A stretch of DNA of 64,000 bases from Chloroflexota bacterium (GCA_016191425.1 JACPOR010000006.1:9711-73710); one strand, 5' to 3'. Positions 18,902 to 27,602 are shown, counted from the stretch's first letter. Notes: generated from the letters alone by a model not told the origin. Numbers and translations are program-made.

Positions 18902-19353
18902 GTGAGAACCCCCTTTCGCCAGGCGTATGCGAGGCCGATCAGGAGGATACCCACGAACAGGAGCATGCTCACGAAACCGGCGAGCAGCAGGTCTCGGAAG
19001 ATCACCGCCCAGAGGTAGATGAAGACGACCTCGATGTCGAAGGCGACGAACAGCAGGGCATAGATGTAGAACGAGAAACCGAAACGACCGTGCGTATCAC
19101 CGAGGGTGTCGATGCCCGACTCGTAGGGCAGGCCTTTGTGGACGTCACCGCGATTGCGATGCGACAGCAGCCACGCCGCGCCGAACGTCAGGAACGTGAA
19201 CGACACGGCCGCGACGGCGAAACCGACGATGTACCAGATCCCGGTCAACCCGATCCTCACTCCGAACGGCGCCAGCAACGGGCGACGCTCGCTTCTGGGC
19301 AGCAACGTCCTGGGCGGGACGAGCCTCGAGGCCAATCGCAGCGGGCCGTGCAC
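18892..19353 (-). CDS. nuoA: NADH-quinone oxidoreductase subunit A
   Basis: C-terminal ...LIGLAYAWRKGVLTWR typical of NuoA. ORF start is GTG 19353; an alternative GTG at 19260 would give a more typical ~123-aa protein. Confidence 0.8.
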   Translation of the reverse strand: MHGPLRLASRLVPPRTLLPRSERRPLLAPFGVRIGLTGIWYIVGFAVAAVSFTFLTFGAAWLLSHRNRGDVHKGLPYESGIDTLGDTHGRFGFSFYIYALLFVAFDIEVVFIYLWAVIFRDLLLAGFVSMLLFVGILLIGLAYAWRKGVLTWR

Positions 19354-19542
19354 GGACGGCCGTCGCCCATCGGCATTCTAGCAGGGGCACTCGCTCCGGC
19401 AGGGCGCCGGAATCCCCCGACCGGCGCCCTGCCCGAGGTCGAAGGACGGCCCGCGCCGAGCGCGCGTGCAAGACCACGGGCCGCCCTCCGTCGGCGAACC
19501 CCGCAGGCGGGGTGCGCGCTGAATGTGGCGGTGCGGCCCTTC

Positions 19543-19578
19543 GCGGCGCAATAGGGAGCGTTCCCTAACGATTGGGAG
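19543..19578. promoter_or_regulatory. two tandem copies (20-bp phase) of a 16-bp inverted repeat TAGGGA-gcgt-TCCCTA / TtGGGA-gcgt-TCCCTA upstream of nuo operon
   Basis: Seen directly: ...aaTAGGGAGCGTTCCCTAacgatTGGGAGCGTTCCCTAcag... between the stop of the upstream methyltransferase gene (19605) and nuoA; looks like an operator for a dimeric regulator. Confidence 0.4.
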
Positions 19579-19604
19579 CGTTCCCTACAGCGGATCAGGC
19601 CATG

Positions 19605-20804
19605 TCACCGCGCCGGCAGTCGAAAGGCGAGACCGCGCAGCGTGGACGAGTCGGGCAGGGAGCGTCCGAACAGCAGGACCGCGAAGCGGCCCGTCACTCG
19701 CGGATCGAGGAGTCGGAAGAGAGCCGCTCGTGCCGTGAGGTACCCACCGATGTCAGTCGCTCCGGGGCCTTCTAGTCCGACGAGCAGTTCGCCCGCCCCG
19801 AGGCCGGTCAGGAACTCCGCCTGCGTCGTGGCCCCGAGGAAATCCAGCCCGGCCGTCCTTGCCGCGACCTCGACGGCGGTGAGGTCCACGTGCGCCGTCA
19901 GATCCTGGCGACCCACGTTCCGGAACGGATCGTCGTGGACGCGGTGGTGGACATAGGCTCGCAGGAGGCTCCCGCGCCCCGGGTGGTACAGGGCCGCGGC
20001 AGGATGCCCATAGTCGATGAGCAGGAGGACGCCACGCTCCAGTCCCCTCGCCGCGTCGGCGACCCAGGCATCCACCGTGAGGCAGATCTCCCCATGCTGG
20101 CCCGGCATCAGCCGGACGCCCTCGCGCGCCAGCCTGCCCGCAAGGTCGGTAGTGGAGGGCGGCAGTTCGAGCGCCGTGAACGCGCCATCCGAGCCAACAG
20201 CCACGAAGAGCTCCGCCAGTCCGCCATCCCGTCGGCCCACGACCCGATGCACAGGCAATGCGTCGATGACCTCGTTGGCCAGGACCACGCCGACGATCGG
20301 GCTGCCATCGTCCGGTTCGAGGACCGTGCCGCCGCCGACGCTCGCGAGCCGGGCGAGCACCTGGCGCTCGCGATCGGGGGCCCGCTCGGCGATCCGGTAC
20401 CGCAACGCACCAAGGAGGTCTGACCCGCTCCGTTGGAGGCCACCAACGATGCCCGCGGCGAGCGCCCCGGTGCCCGCTCCGAATTCCCGCACGGTGAACC
20501 GCCCGGGGCGGCCGAGCCGATCCCACACCTCCTCGAGCTGCCGGGCGATCGCCCAACCGAAGATGGGATGCGATTCCGGCGCCGTGAGGAAGTCGGAGGT
20601 CCGGCCCGGACCCCGGGTGCCGGAGGCGTAGTAGCCACAGGCGGGGTGATAGAGCGCGAGTTCCATGAACCTCGCGAAGGTGATCGGACCATCGGCCCGG
20701 ATCTCAGCGCGGATGAGCTCGGCCAGATCCGGGTCGTCCCCGGGTTCTGGCCGGGGGGCGAGGTCGGCGGGCCGCAGGAGGCTCACCACAGGATCGTCGG
20801 TCAT
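19605..20804 (-). CDS. class I SAM-dependent methyltransferase, MidA/NDUFAF7 (DUF185) family
   Basis: Start at internal ATG (MTDDPVVSLL...); FTVREFGAGTGALAAGI and LANEVIDALPVHRV motifs resemble MidA/NDUFAF7. ATGA overlap with upstream gene stop at 20801-20804. Confidence 0.7.
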   Translation of the reverse strand: MTDDPVVSLLRPADLAPRPEPGDDPDLAELIRAEIRADGPITFARFMELALYHPACGYYASGTRGPGRTSDFLTAPESHPIFGWAIARQLEEVWDRLGRPGRFTVREFGAGTGALAAGIVGGLQRSGSDLLGALRYRIAERAPDRERQVLARLASVGGGTVLEPDDGSPIVGVVLANEVIDALPVHRVVGRRDGGLAELFVAVGSDGAFTALELPPSTTDLAGRLAREGVRLMPGQHGEICLTVDAWVADAARGLERGVLLLIDYGHPAAALYHPGRGSLLRAYVHHRVHDDPFRNVGRQDLTAHVDLTAVEVAARTAGLDFLGATTQAEFLTGLGAGELLVGLEGPGATDIGGYLTARAALFRLLDPRVTGRFAVLLFGRSLPDSSTLRGLAFRLPAR

Positions 20805-21901
20805 CGCCGTCGAGCCCCGAGGACGAGCCGCAGGCCGGGGCCGACCAGCGTGTGACCGCCCAGCAGAATCGGGACCGTTGCGGCATGCGCGGCCGCCGTG
20901 AGGGTTCGGAGCCAAGGATCGACGATTCGCTCGTGCAACAACAAGTCGCTCGCGAACCGGTCTTCGGGGACGGGCCAGCTCGCCTCGTCCCGACCGAATC
21001 GATGCGCCATCAGGACGCGTGTATCCACCACCGCGGCGTCGCCGAGGGTCGCCATGAGATCCCCGAATGCGGCGGGTCCGTCGCGATCGAGCAGGAGGCC
21101 GAGGGATGATCTCGTCGGCCTCTGGGACGGCCCCGCCGTCTTCATGCCGCGCTCCTCGATCAGGGCACGCGTCCGGCTGGCGGTGTGCGCCTCGACCCAG
21201 TGCAGGGAGTCCGATGATGTCCGGCCCGCGACGAGGAGCTCCGCTCGAGGATCGGTGGTGCGGGTCGTGACGCGCATGTGCGCATCGCGCACCCGGAGAA
21301 GGGCCGGATCGTTCGGCTCGGCCAGGCCCGCGAAGAAGGCGTCGATCGGGGAATCGAGGTCCACCTGCAGTCGCCAGCGGCTCAGCAGATCGCGAACCTC
21401 AACGCCTCGATCGGCGAGCCAACGCGGGAGGCCATTGTCGCCGGTGAGCTCGGGGCGCCCGGGGCGCCCGGGGAGCTCGGGGAGCTCGGGGAGCTCGGGG
21501 AGCTCGGGGAGCTCGGGGACCTCGGAAAGCCCGCCGAGGGCGACCTTCGCCGGGATGGCCACGATGTCGCCCGAGTAGCGGTTGTTGGTCAGGGCATGTC
21601 CGGTGCCCCTCGCCGCGGTGACGAACGCTCGCCGGTCCGTCGCCGTCGCGAGCGGGACGCTGCCCGACCCGAGGACGATGATCCCGGCACCAGCGTCGAG
21701 GGCCGCCAGCCGCCGAAGCCGCGCCCCGAATGGAGTACCGCCGGGATGTGTCTCGACGACCCGCGATATCGCGCCTGCTGCCGCAAAGCCGCGCGCCTGC
21801 CGCGCGGCGTTCCGCGCCCTCGCCATCGCGAACACCGACTCCAACGGCCCGGCGCCCGCGCCCGGAACGGCATGGAGGATGATGGCGACGACGCGCGTCA
21901 T
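20801..21901 (-). CDS. hypothetical protein with N-terminal nucleotidyltransferase-like (CofC/MobA/DUF2064-like) fold and internal (ELP)n/(GRP)n tandem repeat
   Basis: 366 aa; N-terminal MTRVVAIILHAVPGAGAGP...IIVLGSGSVP resembles GT-A/NTP-transferase families (weak, by recall); contains SELPELPELPELPELPGRPGRPEL encoded by a perfect 9-nt DNA tandem repeat. Confidence 0.4.
   Translation of the reverse strand: MTRVVAIILHAVPGAGAGPLESVFAMARARNAARQARGFAAAGAISRVVETHPGGTPFGARLRRLAALDAGAGIIVLGSGSVPLATATDRRAFVTAARGTGHALTNNRYSGDIVAIPAKVALGGLSEVPELPELPELPELPELPGRPGRPELTGDNGLPRWLADRGVEVRDLLSRWRLQVDLDSPIDAFFAGLAEPNDPALLRVRDAHMRVTTRTTDPRAELLVAGRTSSDSLHWVEAHTASRTRALIEERGMKTAGPSQRPTRSSLGLLLDRDGPAAFGDLMATLGDAAVVDTRVLMAHRFGRDEASWPVPEDRFASDLLLHERIVDPWLRTLTAAAHAATVPILLGGHTLVGPGLRLVLGARRR
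21452..21523. repeat. in-frame 9-nt tandem repeat (GGGGCGCCC x2, GGGGAGCTC x5, GGGGACCTC x1) inside CDS 20801..21901
   Basis: Seen directly in sequence; encodes (ELP)5(GRP)2 on the minus strand. Confidence 0.85.
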
Positions 21902-21934
21902 CGCGCGAGTCTAGCGAGGGAGGCAGCAGCGCCG

Positions 21935-22534
21935 ATGGGCCGTGTGCGGGCCTACGTTGGCCTCGGGGCGAATCTGGGTGACGCCGCCTCGACGCTCGCA
22001 GCCGGAATCCATGCCCTCGCGGTCCTGCCGGGCGTCCGTCTCCGGGGCGTCTCGCGGCTCTACGCCACGAAGCCGGTTGGTATCGTGGAGCAGCCGGACT
22101 TCCGGAACGCCGTTGTGGCCCTGGACGTGCCGGCCGGCCCGGATTCGGCTACGGGTGCCGTGTCCCTGCTCGTGGCGCTGAAGCAGATTGAGCGGGCATT
22201 CGGACGCAAGGACCGCGAACACTGGGGTCCTCGCGAGCTGGATCTGGACCTGCTCATCTTCGGCCGCGCGCGATTGTCGCTGGACCGCCCGCTCGCAGGT
22301 CTGTCCCTCGATCCCGGCAAGGCCGACCGCCTGCTGGTCGTGCCCCACATCGAGGCCGCCGATCGGCTGTTCGTGCTCGCGCCCCTGAGCGACCTTGTTC
22401 CTGGCCTCGTCCCGCCTGGCTGGGGCGAGACCGTCGCCGCAACTCGTCGCCGCCGCGAGGCGGTCGAAGGCCCGAAGGCGGTCCGTCCGATCGCCGGCTG
22501 GACGGGCGAGGGCTGGGCTGCGTCCCAGATGTAG
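21935..22534 (+). CDS. folK: 2-amino-4-hydroxy-6-hydroxymethyldihydropteridine pyrophosphokinase (HPPK)
   Basis: MGRVRAYVGLGANLGD...WGPRELDLDLLIFG matches HPPK; GAGGGAGG Shine-Dalgarno ~15 nt upstream of ATG 21935; divergent from the gene starting at 21901. Confidence 0.85.
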   Translation: MGRVRAYVGLGANLGDAASTLAAGIHALAVLPGVRLRGVSRLYATKPVGIVEQPDFRNAVVALDVPAGPDSATGAVSLLVALKQIERAFGRKDREHWGPRELDLDLLIFGRARLSLDRPLAGLSLDPGKADRLLVVPHIEAADRLFVLAPLSDLVPGLVPPGWGETVAATRRRREAVEGPKAVRPIAGWTGEGWAASQM

Positions 22535-22650
22535 GCATCGCCTCCCGGGCGGGTCAACGGCCGGATTTCGCCGATACGGTAGGCTGGCGTGGCACGAGGG
22601 CGACGCCCGACCGCGCAGCATCCCAGGCGAACCTGCACGAGAGCGATCCC

Positions 22651-25600
22651 ATGCCGAAGCCGCCGAAGCCGCCGAAGCCGCCGAACGCGCCGAAGCCGCC
22701 CAAGTCGCTCGCCGCCTCGACCTTCGTCCTGGCCCTGGTCGTCGCGTTGGCGCCGTGGGCCCTGGTCGTGCCCGTCCCGGCCTCGGCGGCCGTCGTCAGC
22801 GCGTATGCCTCGGTCGGTCGAGATCCGATCGCGCCCGGCGTCCAGTACGACCAGGGACGGATCGTGACGACCGCGGGCAGCCAGGCCGTCAACATCGTGG
22901 AGGTCGATCTCGCCAACCCGGCCATCTCCTTCGAGGCGGCGCTTTCCAATGGCCGCGTGACCGGGCTCGAGCGGACCAGCACGCTGGCGAAGAATCGCTC
23001 ATCCGAAGGCCACCGCGTCGTCGCGGCGATCAACGGCGATGTGTGGGGCGGTTTCACCAACGACATGTCGTTGGCACCCAACGGCCTGCACGTGGAGGCG
23101 GGCGAGCTGGTGACTGCCGCGCTGGGTCCGAGACCGACGTTCGGCGTCGGGGCGGACGGTCGGCCGATGCTCGGCTCGCCCAGCGTCAGCGTCACGCTGG
23201 GAACAAGTCTCGGCACATCGTTCGTGATCAATCGGGTCAACCAGCTTCGACGGTCCAGCGAAGTCGTCCTCTATACCCCGCGCTTCGCAAGCAGGACGAG
23301 CAGCGCCGCAACCGGGACCGACATCGTCATCGGCGGGCTCACGCTGCCGCTGCGCATATCGGGATCGTGGGCCGGGGTCGTCATGACGGCCAGGCCGGCC
23401 GAGGGCGGCTGGCCGATCGATCCCGGCACGGTGGTCCTCACGGTGCCGGCCACATCGCCGCTCACAGCGCTGGTGCCCGGCGAGCCGGTCACGCTCACGA
23501 CCGCCGTGACCGGGGGCTGGGAGTCAGTCCAGCAGGCCGTCGGGGGGCGCGAGTGGATCGTTCGGGACGGAGCGGTCAACATTTCCCCGCGTCCCACCAG
23601 CGCCGACCAGCTCTACGCCCGCAGTTCGGTGGGCCTCACCGCCGACGGCCGCCTGATCCTCGCCACCGTGGACGGTGGTCAACCGGGGTGGAGCAGGGGC
23701 ATGCGCCTGCCCGAGCTGGCGGACCTGATGCTGTCGCGGGGCGCGGTCAACGCGCTCAATCTCGACGGTGGCGGATCCACCGCGCTCGCCATCCGCCTCG
23801 CGGGAACCAGCGGCCCGGTCCTCGTCAACCGGCCCTCGGATGGCTCGGAGCGGGGTGTCACCAATAGCATCCAGGTCGTCAGCAACGTACCCACCGGACC
23901 GCTCTCGGCGATCAACGTCCAGCCTGGATCGCGGAGCCTCTATCGGAATGGCACGGCGCAGTTCACCTTCACGGGGATGGATTCCGGCTACAACGCCGTC
24001 CCGCTTGTCGCGGGCCAGGTGATCTGGTCGGTGACAGCCCCGATCGGGACCGTCGATACGACAGGCCGGTTCGTGGCCACGGCACCCGGAACCGGCCAGG
24101 TCGTTGCGACCGCCAACGGCGTGACGGGTGCCGCGACGATCACAGTGCTCGACGATTCGACGCCACCGATCGCCGCCCCGCCTCGGGTCAGCTTGCCGGT
24201 CAACACCGCGATCGGCTCGGGTGTGACGGTCACGGTCAACTGGGACGCGGCCACGGAGACCGAATCGGGCGTCGTGTCGTATGAGCTCCAGCGGAGCGTG
24301 AACGGCAAGGCGTGGACGACGATGCCGAAGGCCGCGGCGGCCGCGCGGAGCACCACCCTCACCATCCCGCGCGACCGGACCTACCAGTTCCAGGTCCGTG
24401 CCGTCGACCTGGCCGGCAATGTCGGGGCGTGGACGACCGCGGCCGCGTTCCGTCTGGCCGTCGCCCAGGAGACATCGTCCGCCCTGACGTTCGCCGCAGG
24501 CAGCTGGAGCCGGGCCACCTCCCCGTGGTATGACGGTGGGGCGGCCCGCACGACCCGGTCCGTCGGCGGGATAGCGCGGTTCACCTTCACCGGAAGCTCG
24601 TTCGCCTGGGTCGCGGCAGTCGGCCCGCTCCGGGGTGGCGCGGGCGTCTACGTGGACGGCGTCCTCGCGGGCAACGTCAATACCAACCGCTCGAGCTCGG
24701 CCGCGAGGTTGGTCGTCTTCAGCCGGACCTGGGCGACCTCGGCGAAGCGGACGATCGAGATCCGCACGCTGGGAACGGCGGGAACTCCACGGGTGGACGT
24801 GGACGCCCTGGTCGTGCTCGCGCCGGCCGACGGAGTCACGCCCCCGTCGCCCTCGCCGACCCCTACGCCGACCCCGACCCCGACCCCGACCCCGACACCG
24901 CCGCCCCCAACTGCCGACACCGTGCTCGTGGGGGCCGGCGACATCGCGTCATGCGGCCTCACTGGCGACAGCGCGACGGCGAAGTTGGTGGCGGGCATCG
25001 CCGGGACCGTCTTCACCGCGGGTGACAACGCCTACGAGAACGGGACCGCCGCCGAGTTCCGTGATTGCTACGGCCCGACGTGGGGCGCGTTCCGCGATCG
25101 AACGTACCCGGCTCCGGGCAACCATGACTACGGGACGTCCGGCGCGGCCGGCTACTTCGACTACTTCGGTGAGCGGGCCGGCCCGCGCGGCGCCGGCTGG
25201 TACGCCTATGACCTCGGCGACTGGCGGATCTACGCCCTGAACTCGAATTGCACGAAGGTCGGCTGCGCGGCCGGCTCGGAACAGGAGCAGTGGCTGCGCG
25301 CCGACCTCGCGACCAATCCTCGCTCCTGCGTGCTTGCCTACTGGCACGACCCGCGCTTCACGTCCGGCCCGACCGGCAACAACGCGAGCGTCACGCCCCT
25401 CTGGAACGCGTTGTACGAGGCCGGCGCGGAGGTCATCGTCAACGGCGCCGACCACGACTACGAGCGGTTCGCCCCTCAGACCCCCGCCGGCGCCGCCGAC
25501 CCCGCGAAGGGCATCCGCGAATTCGTGGTTGGCACCGGCGGTGCGAGCCTGCGCAGCTTCTCGACCATTCGCGCCAACAGCGAGATCCGCAACAGCACCA

Positions 25601-25707
25601 CGTACGGGGTCCTCAAGCTGACGCTCTCGGCAAACGGCTACGCGTGGCAGTTCATTCCAACAGGCAGCGGCACCTTCACGGACTCGGGCAGCGGGGCCTG
25701 CCGCTGA
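22651..25707 (+). CDS. large membrane-anchored/secreted multidomain protein: phosphodiester glycosidase-like domain, Ig-like (Big_2)/FN3-like region, Pro-Thr linker, C-terminal calcineurin-like metallophosphoesterase
   Basis: 1018 aa. N-terminal Lys/Pro-rich (PKPPK) tail then hydrophobic anchor. VVAAINGDVWGGF...NALNLDGGGS (NAGPA/DUF2233-like). SPSPTPTPTPTPTPTPPPP linker. GDIASCG...GDNAYENG...GNHDY...VNGADHDYERF (metallophosphatase motifs). Confidence 0.7.
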   Translation: MPKPPKPPKPPNAPKPPKSLAASTFVLALVVALAPWALVVPVPASAAVVSAYASVGRDPIAPGVQYDQGRIVTTAGSQAVNIVEVDLANPAISFEAALSNGRVTGLERTSTLAKNRSSEGHRVVAAINGDVWGGFTNDMSLAPNGLHVEAGELVTAALGPRPTFGVGADGRPMLGSPSVSVTLGTSLGTSFVINRVNQLRRSSEVVLYTPRFASRTSSAATGTDIVIGGLTLPLRISGSWAGVVMTARPAEGGWPIDPGTVVLTVPATSPLTALVPGEPVTLTTAVTGGWESVQQAVGGREWIVRDGAVNISPRPTSADQLYARSSVGLTADGRLILATVDGGQPGWSRGMRLPELADLMLSRGAVNALNLDGGGSTALAIRLAGTSGPVLVNRPSDGSERGVTNSIQVVSNVPTGPLSAINVQPGSRSLYRNGTAQFTFTGMDSGYNAVPLVAGQVIWSVTAPIGTVDTTGRFVATAPGTGQVVATANGVTGAATITVLDDSTPPIAAPPRVSLPVNTAIGSGVTVTVNWDAATETESGVVSYELQRSVNGKAWTTMPKAAAAARSTTLTIPRDRTYQFQVRAVDLAGNVGAWTTAAAFRLAVAQETSSALTFAAGSWSRATSPWYDGGAARTTRSVGGIARFTFTGSSFAWVAAVGPLRGGAGVYVDGVLAGNVNTNRSSSAARLVVFSRTWATSAKRTIEIRTLGTAGTPRVDVDALVVLAPADGVTPPSPSPTPTPTPTPTPTPTPPPPTADTVLVGAGDIASCGLTGDSATAKLVAGIAGTVFTAGDNAYENGTAAEFRDCYGPTWGAFRDRTYPAPGNHDYGTSGAAGYFDYFGERAGPRGAGWYAYDLGDWRIYALNSNCTKVGCAAGSEQEQWLRADLATNPRSCVLAYWHDPRFTSGPTGNNASVTPLWNALYEAGAEVIVNGADHDYERFAPQTPAGAADPAKGIREFVVGTGGASLRSFSTIRANSEIRNSTTYGVLKLTLSANGYAWQFIPTGSGTFTDSGSGACR
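22654..22704. repeat. 9-nt tandem repeat (CCGAAGCCG and variants, ~6 units) encoding the N-terminal (PKP)n tail of CDS 22651..25707
   Basis: Seen directly: ccgaagccgccgaagccgccgaagccgccgaacgcgccgaagccgcccaagtcg. Confidence 0.8.
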
Positions 25708-25976
25708 CGGCCGTCGGGGTCATACTGGGCGTTGGTGGCGTCCGTAAGCTTGTTCGAGTTCGCCGCTCCGGCATTGATCCCGGTCTGCATCCAGGGTTCC
25801 GGCACCCGCGTGGCGTCCCATGAGTGGGTGAGCGCCTGGTCATTGGCAAAGAGCGTGCCGCCGAAGATCGGATCGGGCGAGTTGGCGCTCACCGGGCCCG
25901 CCCACAGGACGGTCGTGAGGGCTGCCAGCGCGACCCAGATCCAGGCCCTGCGGCGCGTGAGAGATGCCCGCTTCAT
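25638..25976 (-). CDS. small secreted protein (hypothetical), 113 aa
   Basis: Internal ATG gives MKRASLTRRRAWIWVALAALTTVLWAGPVSANS... (classical signal peptide). ATGA overlap with the stop of upstream gene 25973..27214. Its 3' end overlaps the 3' end of the convergent gene 22651..25707 by 70 nt, which lowers confidence. Confidence 0.4.
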   Translation of the reverse strand: MKRASLTRRRAWIWVALAALTTVLWAGPVSANSPDPIFGGTLFANDQALTHSWDATRVPEPWMQTGINAGAANSNKLTDATNAQYDPDGRQRQAPLPESVKVPLPVGMNCHA

Positions 25977-27214
25977 TTCGACACCCCGGTGAGCGGGACC
26001 TGTGCATTGTCGTCGAGCCGAAGAGCTATGGGCGCTCCGAGTGCCCCGGGCAAGGGCAGCAGCTCCCCTTGCGGCCCGAGCACCAGCCAATCGGTCGGGA
26101 GATCGACGCTCCGGTATCCGAGGAATCTGACCAGGGTAGGGCCGTCCGTCGGACCCGAGTAGATCTGCTGCGTGATGCCCGTCGTGAGGTTCAACCCCAG
26201 CAGCCGGTAGTCGGAGACGAACGGAGCCTGGTACACGAGCAGCGGTCCGGCCGCAGCCCGAACAAATACGGCATCACCGGCACCGGCCTCGCCGACGAGC
26301 GTCGTGGTCCTTCCCGTGGCCAAGTCGACCCGGAAGAGCGGACATGGAAGCCCGGGGCAGTTCTCGGAAGCGATGTACTCGCTGGCGGTCATGCCGATGA
26401 CGCCCCCGTGAAGTGGGACTTCGTCATAGCTCCGGACTTTCCCGGTCGCAACATCTAGGACCCGCGTGCGGCAGCCAACCCCGAGCCCACACGAGTAGAC
26501 GGCCAGGACATCGCCGGCCGGGCCCCACACGAACTCGGTCCCAGTGGCAGGCTGGATCTCCGCCACCCACGCGGGCGCCGTCATGACCATCTCGGCCTTG
26601 CTCGAGCCATCCAGACGCAGCCGCCAGATCCCGAGATCTGCACGCGTGGTCCGATCCAGCAGGACGTAGTAGAGGTTGGTCGCGTCGCGATCGAGCGTCG
26701 CCCGCCAGACTGGCTGGTCGCTCGTCAGGAGGACGCGCCGGGTCCCGTCGACCAGCGAGAGGGCCGCGACCTCGGAGGTATTGCCGTCGTCGCCACCGTA
26801 GAGGATCCGATCGCCGAACGGGCCGGCGGCAAATGCCGGGTTGGGCAGGTCGACCGTGAACGAGCCCACCCACCCGAGCTTGCCGGCCGTGAGGCGATAG
26901 CCCGTGATGCTGGTCGCTCCGGTCGAGTCGAGCTGGAACCAGCCGCTGCCGTCCAGGCCGTACCCAAGGGGCGAGATGGCCGGCCGCAGTGGGAGCACCG
27001 GCACGGAGAGGGCCACCGACGGCTCGACGGACGGCACCGCCGACGGCACGACCGGATCGGTGGCGGCCGCTGCCGACGGAACCGCGCTGGCCGAGGCACC
27101 GGCTGGCTGACCACCCGTCAGCGCGACGGCGGCGATGATCGCCACTGCCGCGATCAGGACGCCGCCGAGCGCCCCACCCCGCCACGCTGGACCCCCACGC
27201 AGTTTCGCGTCCAT
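25973..27214 (-). CDS. membrane-anchored exported protein, possibly beta-propeller-like (hypothetical)
   Basis: 413 aa, N-terminal TM anchor, Ala/Ser/Pro/Val-rich linker, repetitive beta-rich body; no confident family assignment. Confidence 0.55.
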   Translation of the reverse strand: MDAKLRGGPAWRGGALGGVLIAAVAIIAAVALTGGQPAGASASAVPSAAAATDPVVPSAVPSVEPSVALSVPVLPLRPAISPLGYGLDGSGWFQLDSTGATSITGYRLTAGKLGWVGSFTVDLPNPAFAAGPFGDRILYGGDDGNTSEVAALSLVDGTRRVLLTSDQPVWRATLDRDATNLYYVLLDRTTRADLGIWRLRLDGSSKAEMVMTAPAWVAEIQPATGTEFVWGPAGDVLAVYSCGLGVGCRTRVLDVATGKVRSYDEVPLHGGVIGMTASEYIASENCPGLPCPLFRVDLATGRTTTLVGEAGAGDAVFVRAAAGPLLVYQAPFVSDYRLLGLNLTTGITQQIYSGPTDGPTLVRFLGYRSVDLPTDWLVLGPQGELLPLPGALGAPIALRLDDNAQVPLTGVSK

Positions 27215-27316
27215 ATCCCCTCGTTTCCTGGCCGTGGACCCCTGGATCAGGGTCGGCGCAGTCTAGGCGTTCGCGGGGGCGGGGGGGGGTCAAGTACTAG
27301 TTTCCATCTGTGTCGA

Positions 27317-27602
27317 CTACGTATCGCCATCCCGTGCCAGATGTCGGCGGCCGTCCGTGTCCCGGGCCGGTCGGGCGTTTTCCTCGCGCCCGCCGCATGC
27401 CGCCACGAGGTAATCGAGGACCCGAAGGCCGTTCGATAGCTTGTACGCTCGCACGGCGAAGGCCGGACGGCGGGTCAGGCCACGCTGGGCGCGCGCGCGA
27501 GCGAGCCCGAGGACGCACTGACCAAGGAGCGGGTTGTCCGGCTCCATGCTGAACCCGCCGCCTATCGCGACGATCGTGCGGATCTCGTCCGCCTCAGGCA
27601 TC
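27317..27602 (-). CDS. small hypothetical protein (95 aa) with strong Shine-Dalgarno
   Basis: ATG preceded by GGGAGG at -10 (cttGGGAGGcaaggcgcggATG); MPEADEIRTIVAIGGGFSMEPDNPLL...; no family recognised; lies in an otherwise gene-poor 720-bp region. Confidence 0.35.

Noticed and set aside
19605-20556. Overlapping alternative-frame ORFs inside the methyltransferase gene
   Set aside because: Arg/Pro-rich shadow frames of the MidA-like CDS.
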